NCBI GenBank assembly: GCA_016712625.1
Contig: JADJQQ010000031.1
Coordinates: 83,634-115,633, forward strand
Reading direction: 5' to 3'
Origin: Candidatus Competibacteraceae bacterium
Lineage (GTDB): Bacteria; Pseudomonadota; Gammaproteobacteria; Competibacterales; Competibacteraceae
Length of the DNA stretch: 32,000 nucleotides
The notes beneath the pieces were generated by a model that saw only the letters and a program-made list of their open reading frames with translations, was not told the origin of the DNA and made no database searches. Shown one piece after another: positions 24,960 to 32,000 of this stretch; within the stretch, counting starts at the first letter, position 1, and every line of letters begins with the position of its first letter. Position numbers and translations under genes: made by a program.

Positions 24960-27900
24960 ACGCCCTCAATGGCCAGCACCAGGCGCGTGGTGGCTTGGGG
25001 CGCGGCCTCGAAGTGGGCGTCGCGCCAGTTCTCGCGCCGGTCCTTAAGGTAACGCTTGATCTCGTCCTTTTCCTGTCGGAGCTGCGCGGCCTGCCGGCTG
25101 TCTGGAACCAGCCCGGCCAGGGTTTCGTCCAGCTTGGCGATGCGGCGGTCGCGCCAGTGCGCCAGGCGCGCTTCTTCTTTTTCAAGCATGGGCTTGATAG
25201 CCTGCTGGCGTTCGGTTTTGAGCATGTTCAGGGACTTCAGGCTTTCCTCAACCGCCGCGACGACGAAGCCCTGGAGAATCTCCGAGGACAGCGCGCCGCG
25301 CCGGCCGGTATCGGCGAGCTGGTCGAAGCGGGCGCGGGCGAGTGCTTCCTTGAGCGGCTCTTGGTGGTAACGGCCGCCTTTGCGGAAGGAAATGGCGTGC
25401 GTATCCACGATCAGTGGGGTCCCAGCGCGGGAGCTGATTTGGCCGATGAAGCAGAAGCAGAGTTCGCCGGGTTGCAGGTGCGGCGAGGCGATCAGCGGGG
25501 CTTCGCCACGGGGCATCAACATCATCAGCCGCTCCGCCAGCCAGCGCAGGACCGGATGCTGCTCGGTGAGCAACAGCTCGTTGCTCCACTGGCCCTTCCT
25601 CGCCAGCGCGGCGCGGATAGCCAGGTTGACTCGCTCCGGGTCGGTGGTGAAATGGAATTCTCCCTGCTCGGGCCAGGCTTCTTCCGGCAGCGCGGTGGCG
25701 CCGAAGATCACCCCATCCTCGGCATCCGGCGCGCCCAGCCGACGCCGGAGTTCGGGCGGTGGGGCAAACATCCAGAGATTCCCGGTTTTTTCGAGATCGC
25801 GCCAGCGGTGGTCGCCCATTTCGTCCTTCAGGTAACGGTAGCCAGCCTCCAAAAACCGGGCGTCGTCGTAGAGCCGAACCCGCGAATTGTCAGTGGATAA
25901 GCGTTCGCTCCCCGCGCCCGCTCGCAGAGGGGTTGGGGGTGAGGGCGGTGAAGTGGGGGAGAGGGCCGGCGCGGGCGCGTTGCCCAACAGAAAAGCCAGA
26001 AAATCCTCATGTCCGGCCAGATTCGCGGCCATCAGGTCCGCTTCCAGGCCGGCGCTCTCGGCGGTTTGCGGAGTGGTTCGGTCGAGGAGATCGGCATCAC
26101 CTGCGAGCAAACCGTTCTCGGCGATGTAGGCTTCTTCCGCCTCGGGGTCGTACAGTTTGAGGACGCTTTCCCCGGTGCGGGTGCTGCGGTTGATCTCCTC
26201 CACCTTGGCGACCAGGCGGGAAAAGAGTTCCTCGTCGCCCTTCAGTTCGCCTTCACGGGTGCGCACCATCAGATAACGGATGACCGGAGGGCGGCGCTGG
26301 CCGAAGCGGTCGATGCGGCCGTTGCGTTGAATCAGCGTGATGATCGACCAGGGCAGATCGTAGTGAATGATGTTATGGCACTCGTGGTGCAAGTTCACGC
26401 CTTCGGAGGCCACATCGGTCGCTGCCAGCAGACGCATCGGGCTGCTGCCGGTACCGAAGGCTTCGACGGTTTTGGCGAGCGTCACGTCGGGCTGGCCGCC
26501 GTGGATGATGGCCAGGATCTGGCCCGGCTGGTCTTCGTGCCGGTCGCTGAACGGGAGGCCAAATTCCCGGGCCAGCTCGCGCGCCAGCGCCGCCTGGGTG
26601 ACGGTGCTTTCGGTGAACAGCAGGATGCGTGGGCTGTCGGGCCGGCCGGTCCAGCCTATGGCGCGCAGCTCGCGCACCAGCAACTGGAAGCGGCTGGTAT
26701 AGGCGATGGGGAGGGTCGCCAAGCGGTTTCTGAGCGCCGTGAGCGCAGTCGCCTCATCTTCCCGATCCGGGCTGGCGCCAAGGTGGGCGAGGCGCTTGAC
26801 CACAGTGGACAGGCACGCCTCGGGGCTGCTCAGGAATCGCTTGTACAGGCCCCACTGAATGATGGCCTCGGTTTTGAACTTTCCGGTTTTCGCCTGGCGG
26901 CGGAGCCGGCCCAGTTCCGCATAAAGGGCTTCTTCCTCCGCGCTGGCTTCCACTGTCGTGGACGACAGCGGCGCCACCTGACGCTCGGCGAACTGATCAC
27001 CGGCCTCGCCGCGCACGTCTTCCTTGAAGCGCATCAGGAAAAATGGCGCGATGTCTTCCGGGCCGTATTCGCGGAACTTGGGGTCGGGAATAGCCGACCA
27101 GTCGAGCAGCGTAATGAGCCGGCCAAAGGTTTCGCGGCGACCGTTGTGGGGCGTGGCGGTGGTCAGGATCAGGCTGTCGGTGCGGCGGGACAGCAGGCGC
27201 GCCAGACGGTAGTTGAGCTGCTTCTCGGGGTTGGCTGCGGCGGCCACATTGTGGGCCTCGTCGATGACGACGACGTCCCAGCGGGTATCCTCCAGAAAAT
27301 GGCGATACCGGCCAATATCCTTGAGGGTGTCCATCGAAATGATGACGCGGTGGTAGACCTCGAACGGGTTTTTCGACGCAGGAATCCGCAGGCGCAATTT
27401 GGCGACGCCGGCCGAGTCGAGGCGCACCAGCGGAATCGCGAAGCGGTTCCAAAGCTCAGCCTGGAATTGCGTCAGCATCGACTTCTTGGCCAGCACCAAA
27501 ATGCGGCTGGCGCGGCCACGACGCATCAACTCGCTCAGGATCATGCCCACTTCAATCGTTTTGCCAAGACCCACCTGATCGGCCAGCAGGAGTCGAGGTC
27601 GCATTTGCAGCAAAGCACGGTGTACCGCTTCCTGCTGGTAGGGCATCGGCTTGAAGGCGCCCAGGCCCTCAACCTGCGGCTGGGGATCGGTCAACGGCAT
27701 CTGCCGCAACTGGGCTTCCAGGAACAGCCGGGCGCGGTCGAGATACCGGGGTCCCCCGTCGCGGACCAGCCGGGTCGCGCGTGGATCGATCGGGATGATG
27801 TCATCCAGCAGCGTCAAAAACGCCGCTTCATGGCCGCGCACCAAGTCATCCGCGCCGACGCAGCGGACGGTCTGAAAGTGCTTTTCGGCGCTCACGCCGG

Positions 27901-27964
27901 TCACCAGCCATTCGGCATCGCGGCAGAGAACCCGCATGCCGGGGGCGATCACGGGTTGGGTCAT
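24956..27964 (-). CDS. SNF2-family helicase/translocase, DrmD-like (1002 aa from ATG 27964; ORF open to 28021)
   Basis: [15 protein letters not shown] (motif I), VVIDEAHNV (DEAH, motif II), LTATPHNG (III), [12 protein letters not shown] (V) and [12 protein letters not shown] (VI). The TGA stop at 24956-24958 overlaps the TTG and lies 2 nt before the ATG of the methylase gene. Confidence 0.9.
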   Translation of the reverse strand: MTQPVIAPGMRVLCRDAEWLVTGVSAEKHFQTVRCVGADDLVRGHEAAFLTLLDDIIPIDPRATRLVRDGGPRYLDRARLFLEAQLRQMPLTDPQPQVEGLGAFKPMPYQQEAVHRALLQMRPRLLLADQVGLGKTIEVGMILSELMRRGRASRILVLAKKSMLTQFQAELWNRFAIPLVRLDSAGVAKLRLRIPASKNPFEVYHRVIISMDTLKDIGRYRHFLEDTRWDVVVIDEAHNVAAAANPEKQLNYRLARLLSRRTDSLILTTATPHNGRRETFGRLITLLDWSAIPDPKFREYGPEDIAPFFLMRFKEDVRGEAGDQFAERQVAPLSSTTVEASAEEEALYAELGRLRRQAKTGKFKTEAIIQWGLYKRFLSSPEACLSTVVKRLAHLGASPDREDEATALTALRNRLATLPIAYTSRFQLLVRELRAIGWTGRPDSPRILLFTESTVTQAALARELAREFGLPFSDRHEDQPGQILAIIHGGQPDVTLAKTVEAFGTGSSPMRLLAATDVASEGVNLHHECHNIIHYDLPWSIITLIQRNGRIDRFGQRRPPVIRYLMVRTREGELKGDEELFSRLVAKVEEINRSTRTGESVLKLYDPEAEEAYIAENGLLAGDADLLDRTTPQTAESAGLEADLMAANLAGHEDFLAFLLGNAPAPALSPTSPPSPPTPLRAGAGSERLSTDNSRVRLYDDARFLEAGYRYLKDEMGDHRWRDLEKTGNLWMFAPPPELRRRLGAPDAEDGVIFGATALPEEAWPEQGEFHFTTDPERVNLAIRAALARKGQWSNELLLTEQHPVLRWLAERLMMLMPRGEAPLIASPHLQPGELCFCFIGQISSRAGTPLIVDTHAISFRKGGRYHQEPLKEALARARFDQLADTGRRGALSSEILQGFVVAAVEESLKSLNMLKTERQQAIKPMLEKEEARLAHWRDRRIAKLDETLAGLVPDSRQAAQLRQEKDEIKRYLKDRRENWRDAHFEAAPQATTRLVLAIEGV

Positions 27965-28087
27965 CGGAAGCCTTTTTGTTGTTCTGTGACGCGCCTGACT
28001 ACGTTCGAGCAAGGCAGGCACTAGTATGTCTAAAACGGGCTAAGCGAAACAGATCATCGAAAACCGTGGAGGCGATGCCTTTGGCGG

Positions 28088-28450
28088 TTGGCCGCCTGCA
28101 CCCTGCTGGAGGCGGGCGACATTCCCATTGCCCAAATCGCCGAGCTTGCGCTGCGTGAAGGACAAAGCTCGAACCCTTTGTATCGGGTCCACCGCTGGTT
28201 TGCTCGCCGGGTGGGCTCTCAGTTCCGTTCGATCCTCACTGCGCTGACGCTTCCCCCTGACAAGGCAGACGCCTTTTGGGATACCTATCTGGGCAGAACC
28301 TCCGTGCATGGGCGCTGTTGTTCTCGACCCGTTCATCGGCGGAGGCACAAGTCTTGTAGAGTCCATGCGCTGCAACGCCCGGGTGATTGGTCTTGATATC
28401 GACCCGGTCGCGACCTTTATTACCCGTTTTGAATTGGCCGCCTCCCGGAT
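28088..28450 (+). pseudogene. N-terminal fragment of a SAM-dependent DNA methyltransferase (DUF1156/COG1743-like), frameshifted and truncated
   Basis: Frame 1 reads LLEAGDIPIAQIAELALREGQSSNPLYRVHRWFARRVGSQFRSILTAL. Frame 2, from 28308, reads GAVVLDPFIGGGTSLVESMRCNARVIGLDIDPVATFI, a motif I of the DPFxGGGT type. The two frames join if one G is removed from GGG 28310-28312. Similarity stops around 28450, where a REP hairpin follows. Confidence 0.5.
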
Positions 28451-28464
28451 ACCTTATCCATCAT

Positions 28465-28500
28465 CCGACGCCACCAAAATGGCGGGCCATGCCCGCCCTA
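28465..28500 (+). repeat. REP-like element copy 1 (core ATGGCGGGCCATGCCCGCCCTA, hairpin GGCGGGC-CAT-GCCCGCC)
   Basis: 7-bp stem 28481-28487 / 28491-28497 with a 3-nt loop. The same core recurs at about 29336 and about 29379 in the same orientation. Confidence 0.65.
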
Positions 28501-28527
28501 CTTGCTACTGTCCAAGCGATCAACCAT

Positions 28528-28934
28528 TCAGGTCAGAACTTCAAATCCCACAAACAGGAAATGATGGTCGAACGCAAAGACCTGGCTGACATTACGCGCC
28601 CTCATTAGGGCGAATGACGTACAATCGGTGAGGCTGAATTCTTGATCGGCGTACTTCTCTTGAAAATATCCCAAGCGACACCGAGTAGTTCTTGGTTAAT
28701 CGGCGCTATCTCAGTCAACCTGCTTCGCAGCGTCGTTTCCCAGAAGGCCACAGCGGCCGTATATCCGACCCGATAATGCAACCAAGTCACCGTCTCATCC
28801 ACGATGTAATCGGAAGTGAGCAGCCTCGCCTTCTCATTGCGAAGCCGGGTTTGAATGGTTAGCGCAGCGGGATGGGATTGATCATTGCGGGTCAGGAGTG
28901 CCATCCAGGCATTGGTATCCACAAAAACGATCAT
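28528..28934 (-). pseudogene. PIN-domain VapC-like toxin with a 1-nt frameshift
   Basis: MIVFVDTNAWMALL...DYIVDETVTWL...IFKRSTPIKN is in one frame. The expected C-terminus SLTDCTSFALMRARNVSQVFAFDHHFLFVGFEVLT is in the next frame, ending at TGA 28528-28530. The observed AAGAATTCAGCC would read through if it were AAGAATTTCAGCC (about 28640). Confidence 0.65.
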
Positions 28935-28943
28935 GGTCTCCGT

Positions 28944-29198
28944 TCACCGGTACAGATAAAGATCGTGATGCAAAGAACCATCGGGCACGTCGACTTTGAA
29001 ACGACCGATCAGATCGAGCAAGGGGTCGTGATCCCAGTCCGGTTCGGTTTGAACCGCATCCGTCTGCGTCAACACGTCTTCAATCGCAAAAACGATACGG
29101 TTTGCGCCATGCTGTATCAGTAGATGTCGAGGAATGCGGATCACAAGATCACCCTGTTCATCGTATTCCATGATAGCACCTGCATTCTGGTTACCCAT
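28944..29198 (-). CDS. putative antitoxin partner of the frameshifted PIN gene (start ATG 29198 or 29171)
   Basis: A small ORF ending 9 nt upstream of the PIN start. The product is ...MEYDEQGDLVIRIPRHLLIQHGANRIVFAIEDV...HHDLYLYR. The call rests on position and size. There is only weak resemblance to AbrB/SpoVT-type VapB antitoxins. Confidence 0.45.
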   Translation of the reverse strand: MGNQNAGAIMEYDEQGDLVIRIPRHLLIQHGANRIVFAIEDVLTQTDAVQTEPDWDHDPLLDLIGRFKVDVPDGSLHHDLYLYR

Positions 29199-29321
29199 AC
29201 ACGGCCTCTGCAAGTGAATTGCTTCAGATTTTTCAAGATTATACGCCGGGTAGAAGATTGCGCCAGGTAGCGCGTAGCCAGGTAGCCGGGTAGAGTGGGC
29301 ACCGCCCACCTATTCTATCTT

Positions 29322-29358
29322 CCGACGCCCCGGACATGGCGGGCCATGCCCGCCCGAC
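29322..29358 (+). repeat. REP-like element copy 2
   Basis: CCGACGCCCCGGACATGGCGGGCCATGCCCGCCCGAC, with hairpin 29338-29344 / 29348-29354. It shares the CCGACGCC prefix with copy 1. Confidence 0.65.
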
Positions 29359-29375
29359 TCATTGGCAATATGATT

Positions 29376-29405
29376 GAAATGGCGGGTCATGCCCGCCCTA
29401 CCCTG
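29376..29405 (+). repeat. REP-like element copy 3
   Basis: GAAATGGCGGGTCATGCCCGCCCTACCCTGAC, with hairpin 29381-29387 / 29391-29397 (one G-T pair). It overlaps the 3' end of the RAYT pseudogene. Confidence 0.6.
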
Positions 29406-29800
29406 ACCCACCGAAATCGGTTTCTGGGGCGGTCGCGGCGTCTCCACCGCCCCAATTCGCCGCATACGTCCCCACCGCCACAGATCGATGGAACGTGGAA
29501 TACGGCCCATCGCCCACTCGCGTGACGTGACCGTGCTTCACCGGATTCCAATGGATATCATCGACATGGCGGTTGAAATCGTTGGGGTCGCGGATTGGAC
29601 GCTCCCAAAACCGCCGCTGCCCAATCGTACTTTCCCGGTGTTTTTCCTTGGACGGGTTCATCCATTTCTCTCAATGGAATAACGTCCGCGCCCGTTTGGA
29701 AAATCCAACCTTGATCAATCCCCACCGCTTTGAATTAATCCCCGTCGTCTGGCGGTCATGTCCACACGCAATGGGTTTGTCGTCTATTCGGGCGAAGAAT
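29398..29800 (-). pseudogene. REP-associated tyrosine transposase (RAYT, IS200/IS605-like Y1 transposase) pseudogene
   Basis: QRRFWERPIRDPNDFNRHVDDIHWNPVKHGHVTRVGDGPYSTFHRSVAVGTYAANWGG matches the conserved RAYT C-terminal block. Upstream in the same frame, ...SKRWGLIKVGFSKRARTLFH is followed by an in-frame TGA (about 29672-29674). No intact HUH region is visible further upstream. Confidence 0.65.
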
Positions 29801-30536
29801 GTTGTTCGGTAGCAAACGGTGTTGAACCCATCAGCGTGCGTGTTTTGGCAGAGACGCTGACTTACGACCTGTGTATCGGGTCACTGCGGAGCTCACCGCT
29901 TAAAGTCCATTTTCTCACGTTAAACATATTACGTAACACGTATCCAGACGGATTTTCATGGGTAAAATTCAAGATTCCCCGGATAATCTTGAATCATGAA
30001 AGTGGCCTAAATCCTCTAAAAAGCCCACTATTGAATGGGGATAATTTCTTGACAACGATAATGCACCGAGACGTTCTCCCACTCAAAGTCTTTGCTTCCG
30101 ACACCTGATGGAGCAATTTCTTGGGGTACTCCTCCTACACCCCGGAATAGGATTGTTATCGTACCAGCCCAACAAGCAGGTTTGAAGGCAAACTCGCACG
30201 TCTCGCCCATTGAGACCTACCCTGGCTAACCCACCCTACACAGCATCTGCAACTGAGTAACTTTTACCCTTTATTTATCGCTACTTTGATGTTATGAATC
30301 CTCCGTGGAGGGTTTATTGGCTTGCTCGTGGAGCCAGCTCCACTAGCAGTCGGACATCAGGGGGTGGTTTGATACCGTACCGAGCTAATACGGTAGTTAT
30401 TTGGGGTGGTGCGGTTTCAGCACCGGTACATCAATGAACCAGCTTTTACCCTGCAAGGTTGGCTGCACGGCAATACCGGCCGCACCCAGTTCAGTAGCAA
30501 GCGCGCGGGCGGTGGCGGCAGGTTGCTCAACACGAA

Positions 30537-30932
30537 CTACCGATGGCATTCGCAGGTTCTTGATACGTGGTTGAACGGGCTCATCGTTGGGAGCGTTGCC
30601 GAGGATTCATGATGAGAGATGATCATAGGAAGAAGCGCAATGCCTACTAGCGCCGCCAAGCCGGACAGCAGGGCCGGACGCTTCCACCAGGATTGACTTG
30701 ATGTAGCGCGTTGCAGTGCAAACAAGAGTCGTTCCCGACCCTGGGTCAGCTCAGCGGCCGAGAGTTCGTGGATAGGCGAAATTGGTTGAGACAGAATCGC
30801 CTGTCGTAGCGCTTCAGCCTCCTGGCGGGTACGCGAATCTGCGTTGGGCACGGTGCGCCCAGCCAGTAGATTCAACCAATCTTCATCATCCTGCTGGGGT
30901 AGACGTAAGTCATTGTCGATCATTGTCGTCAC
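30537..30932 (-). CDS. hypothetical single-pass membrane protein (131 aa ORF), probably frameshifted near its 3' end
   Basis: Acidic N-terminus (DDEDWLNLLAGRTVPNADSRTRQEAEALRQAI), then a hydrophobic segment RPALLSGLAALVGIALLPMII. The start is GTG 30932 or ATG 30923, with no clear RBS. A protein-like tail continues in another frame to 30397. Confidence 0.35.
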   Translation of the reverse strand: MTTMIDNDLRLPQQDDEDWLNLLAGRTVPNADSRTRQEAEALRQAILSQPISPIHELSAAELTQGRERLLFALQRATSSQSWWKRPALLSGLAALVGIALLPMIISHHESSATLPTMSPFNHVSRTCECHR

Positions 30933-30963
30933 GGTGTTGCCATAGTGGTTCAGAGAGAAGGGA

Positions 30964-31092
30964 GCTGAATGCTGGGAACCTCTAAAAAAACCCAGTCTTG
31001 GCGTGATTTTTCAACGTTATAAAAACTCAATGAAGTTGCAAACATCGAAAGATTCGAATTCGAGGTTTTTTAGAGGTTCCCAGCATTTCAGT
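30964..31092. repeat. pair of ~28-bp imperfect inverted repeats separated by ~70 bp (MITE-like or large hairpin)
   Basis: Left arm GCTGAATGCTGGGAACCTCTAAAAAAACC (30964-30992). Right arm GGTTTTTTAGAGGTTCCCAGCATTTCAGTC (31064-31093). The arms are complementary apart from two 1-nt indels. The spacer contains the palindrome TCGAATTCGA. Confidence 0.7.
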
Positions 31093-31163
31093 CAACGGAT
31101 GGCTCATCACAGTTTGTCAAAATTGTTCACCTAATGATCCAACAAGACGCCTTGAAAAGGGAT

Positions 31164-31206
31164 TTGTCAGGTTCAATAAAAAATATTTTTGCAGCAACCT
31201 GACAAT
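31164..31206. repeat. 10-bp perfect inverted repeat TTGTCAGGTT / AACCTGACAA around an A/T-rich 23-nt spacer
   Basis: Read directly: arms at 31164-31173 and 31197-31206. Confidence 0.6.
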
Positions 31207-31415
31207 TTGCCTTGTAGTCGCTCTTAAATCTTAAGATTGATTTTCAAATTGCAGAACCCGCAGAAATTCCCCCCAATAGACGACCTATCACGCGGCAGTG
31301 ACCCGCGGGGTCTGCAACGAGTCAACCAGGTTCCATTGGGTAGTTTGATTGCCTCTTCCACCTCCTCCAGGCGATTGGCGATGATGGCACAATATGGCCG
31401 CAAAATAGCCCCTAT

Positions 31416-31497
31416 CCAAGCATCTGAAAGTGCTAATTCAGCCCAAGGCATCTGAAAGTGCTAACCAGCACCAAGCATCTGAAAGTGCAATTCAGCA
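31416..31497. repeat. three tandem 27-28-bp direct repeats, CCAAG(G)CATCTGAAAGTGC(T)AAYYCAGC(A), iteron-like
   Basis: Copies at 31416-31442, 31443-31470 and 31471-31497, followed by a degenerate partial copy (GGGCATTTGG). The shared core is GCATCTGAAAGTGC. Confidence 0.8.
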
Positions 31498-31615
31498 TCC
31501 GGGCATTTGGCCGTTGAACGCGCGTTTTTCGGGAGGTGCGAAGGTTTTGCCATGCGCGTAATCATCGCAACTATTGGACTAATTTAATAATTATCTCTCA
31601 GTTAGATAGAAGTAA

Positions 31616-31653
31616 GGGTCAACTCAGAAAGCGCTGGAAAATCGTACGCTAAG
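31616..31653. mobile_element. Tn3-family (Tn21/Tn501-group-like) 38-bp terminal inverted repeat
   Basis: GGGTCAACTCAGAAAGCGCTGGAAAATCGTACGCTAAG is 38 bp, begins with GGG and ends with ...ATCGTACGCTAAG. From memory, this matches Tn501/Tn1721-type IRs. The tnpA-like reading frame terminates inside it (TGA = rc of 31624-31626), as in that group. Confidence 0.7.
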
Positions 31654-31842
31654 CCGGTTGCAGCGGCCGTAGCGGCCTGAATTTACCTGCGCCGATCTTG
31701 GCGCTGCTGCGCCACAGAGGTAATCGCCGGTCAGGTTGATGTGCGCCCAGCCCAGCGGCGACAGGTACTGCAACAGGGGCATCATTAACGGCTGGCCGTG
31801 GCCGCGCAAAGCGTTCGCGGCCCGCTCCAGATAGACCGTACC
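31624..31842 (-). pseudogene. tnpA: 3'-terminal remnant (~70 codons) of a Tn3-family transposase gene
   Basis: The translation ...[41 protein letters not shown] matches the conserved extreme C-terminus of Tn3-family TnpA (WNTxYL...[15 protein letters not shown]). Similarity is lost upstream of about 31842, where the sequence turns AT-rich. Confidence 0.7.
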
Positions 31843-32000
31843 GCATGTGGAAAAACTAGCATGTTTTGCCTATCACATATACGCTCGATTATGTGATGGT
31901 GTGAACGAAAAGCTCCCGCTGTCAAAAAAATGCCATAACCCGTCATTTTAGTCTAAGGCATTTAAAGGGTGTTTTTGGATAGAAATGTGACATTCAATAC

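Noticed and set aside
29758-30108. 116-aa plus-strand ORF in the AT-rich segment.
   Set aside because: The codon pattern is unlike neighbouring genes, there is no RBS, and the product has no recognisable features. It was treated as non-coding.
31045-31070. tRNA-like TTCGAAT word (GATTCGAATTCGAGG).
   Set aside because: No acceptor, D or anticodon arms can be built around it. It is simply the palindrome TCGAATTCGA inside the inverted-repeat element.
31224-31455. Mutually antisense 75-aa (minus) and 72-aa (plus) ORFs.
   Set aside because: Neither has an RBS or recognisable motifs. Both run into the tandem repeats and the region is AT-rich and intergenic in character.
31416-31497. Possible CRISPR array.
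   Set aside because: The repeats are directly adjacent with no unique spacers, there are only three copies, and no cas genes are present in the window.

Overview
High-GC, proteobacterial-style accessory or mobile region, with almost all real genes on the minus strand. I see four blocks. (1) 1-7.2 kb holds a complete seven-gene PRTRC cassette in canonical order: ParB, E, C (ubiquitin-like, ends in Gly), F, B (E2-like H..N..G.VCL motif), A (exact JAMM HxHx7Sx2D motif) and a ThiF/E1-like enzyme. Two possible small downstream genes follow it. (2) 7.2-9.3 kb is a visibly lower-GC mosaic: an AT-rich repeat-bearing region upstream of parB, a TniQ-like gene fragment, and a NERD/PD-(D/E)xK-like nuclease ORF. 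(3) 9.2-28.0 kb is a roughly 19-kb co-directional defence-type operon. It encodes an SNF2 helicase (about 1000 aa), a 1793-aa gamma-class N6-adenine methyltransferase (NPPW), two complete toxin-antitoxin pairs (UPF0175/DUF3368-PIN and Phd-YefM/VapC-PIN), a 2229-aa DEAD/DEAH helicase fused to a DUF1998-like zinc-ribbon module and an extra C-terminal region, and a UvrD-like helicase whose Walker A motif is broken by a 1-nt deletion. The SNF2, N6-MTase, helicase, DUF1998 order matches class 1 DISARM (drmD-drmMI-drmA-drmB). The locus departs from it in four ways: drmA/B are fused, no PLD gene is visible, TA modules are embedded, and a UvrD-like gene sits in the drmC position. This is the most interesting candidate system. 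(4) 28-32 kb is decayed mobile-element debris: a frameshifted and truncated methylase fragment, three REP hairpins next to a RAYT pseudogene, a frameshifted VapBC-like pair, an AT-rich orphan segment with hairpins, a MITE-like inverted-repeat pair, three iteron-like tandem repeats, and a Tn3-family 38-bp IR with the last ~70 codons of tnpA. All family assignments come from reading motifs by eye. No searches were run.
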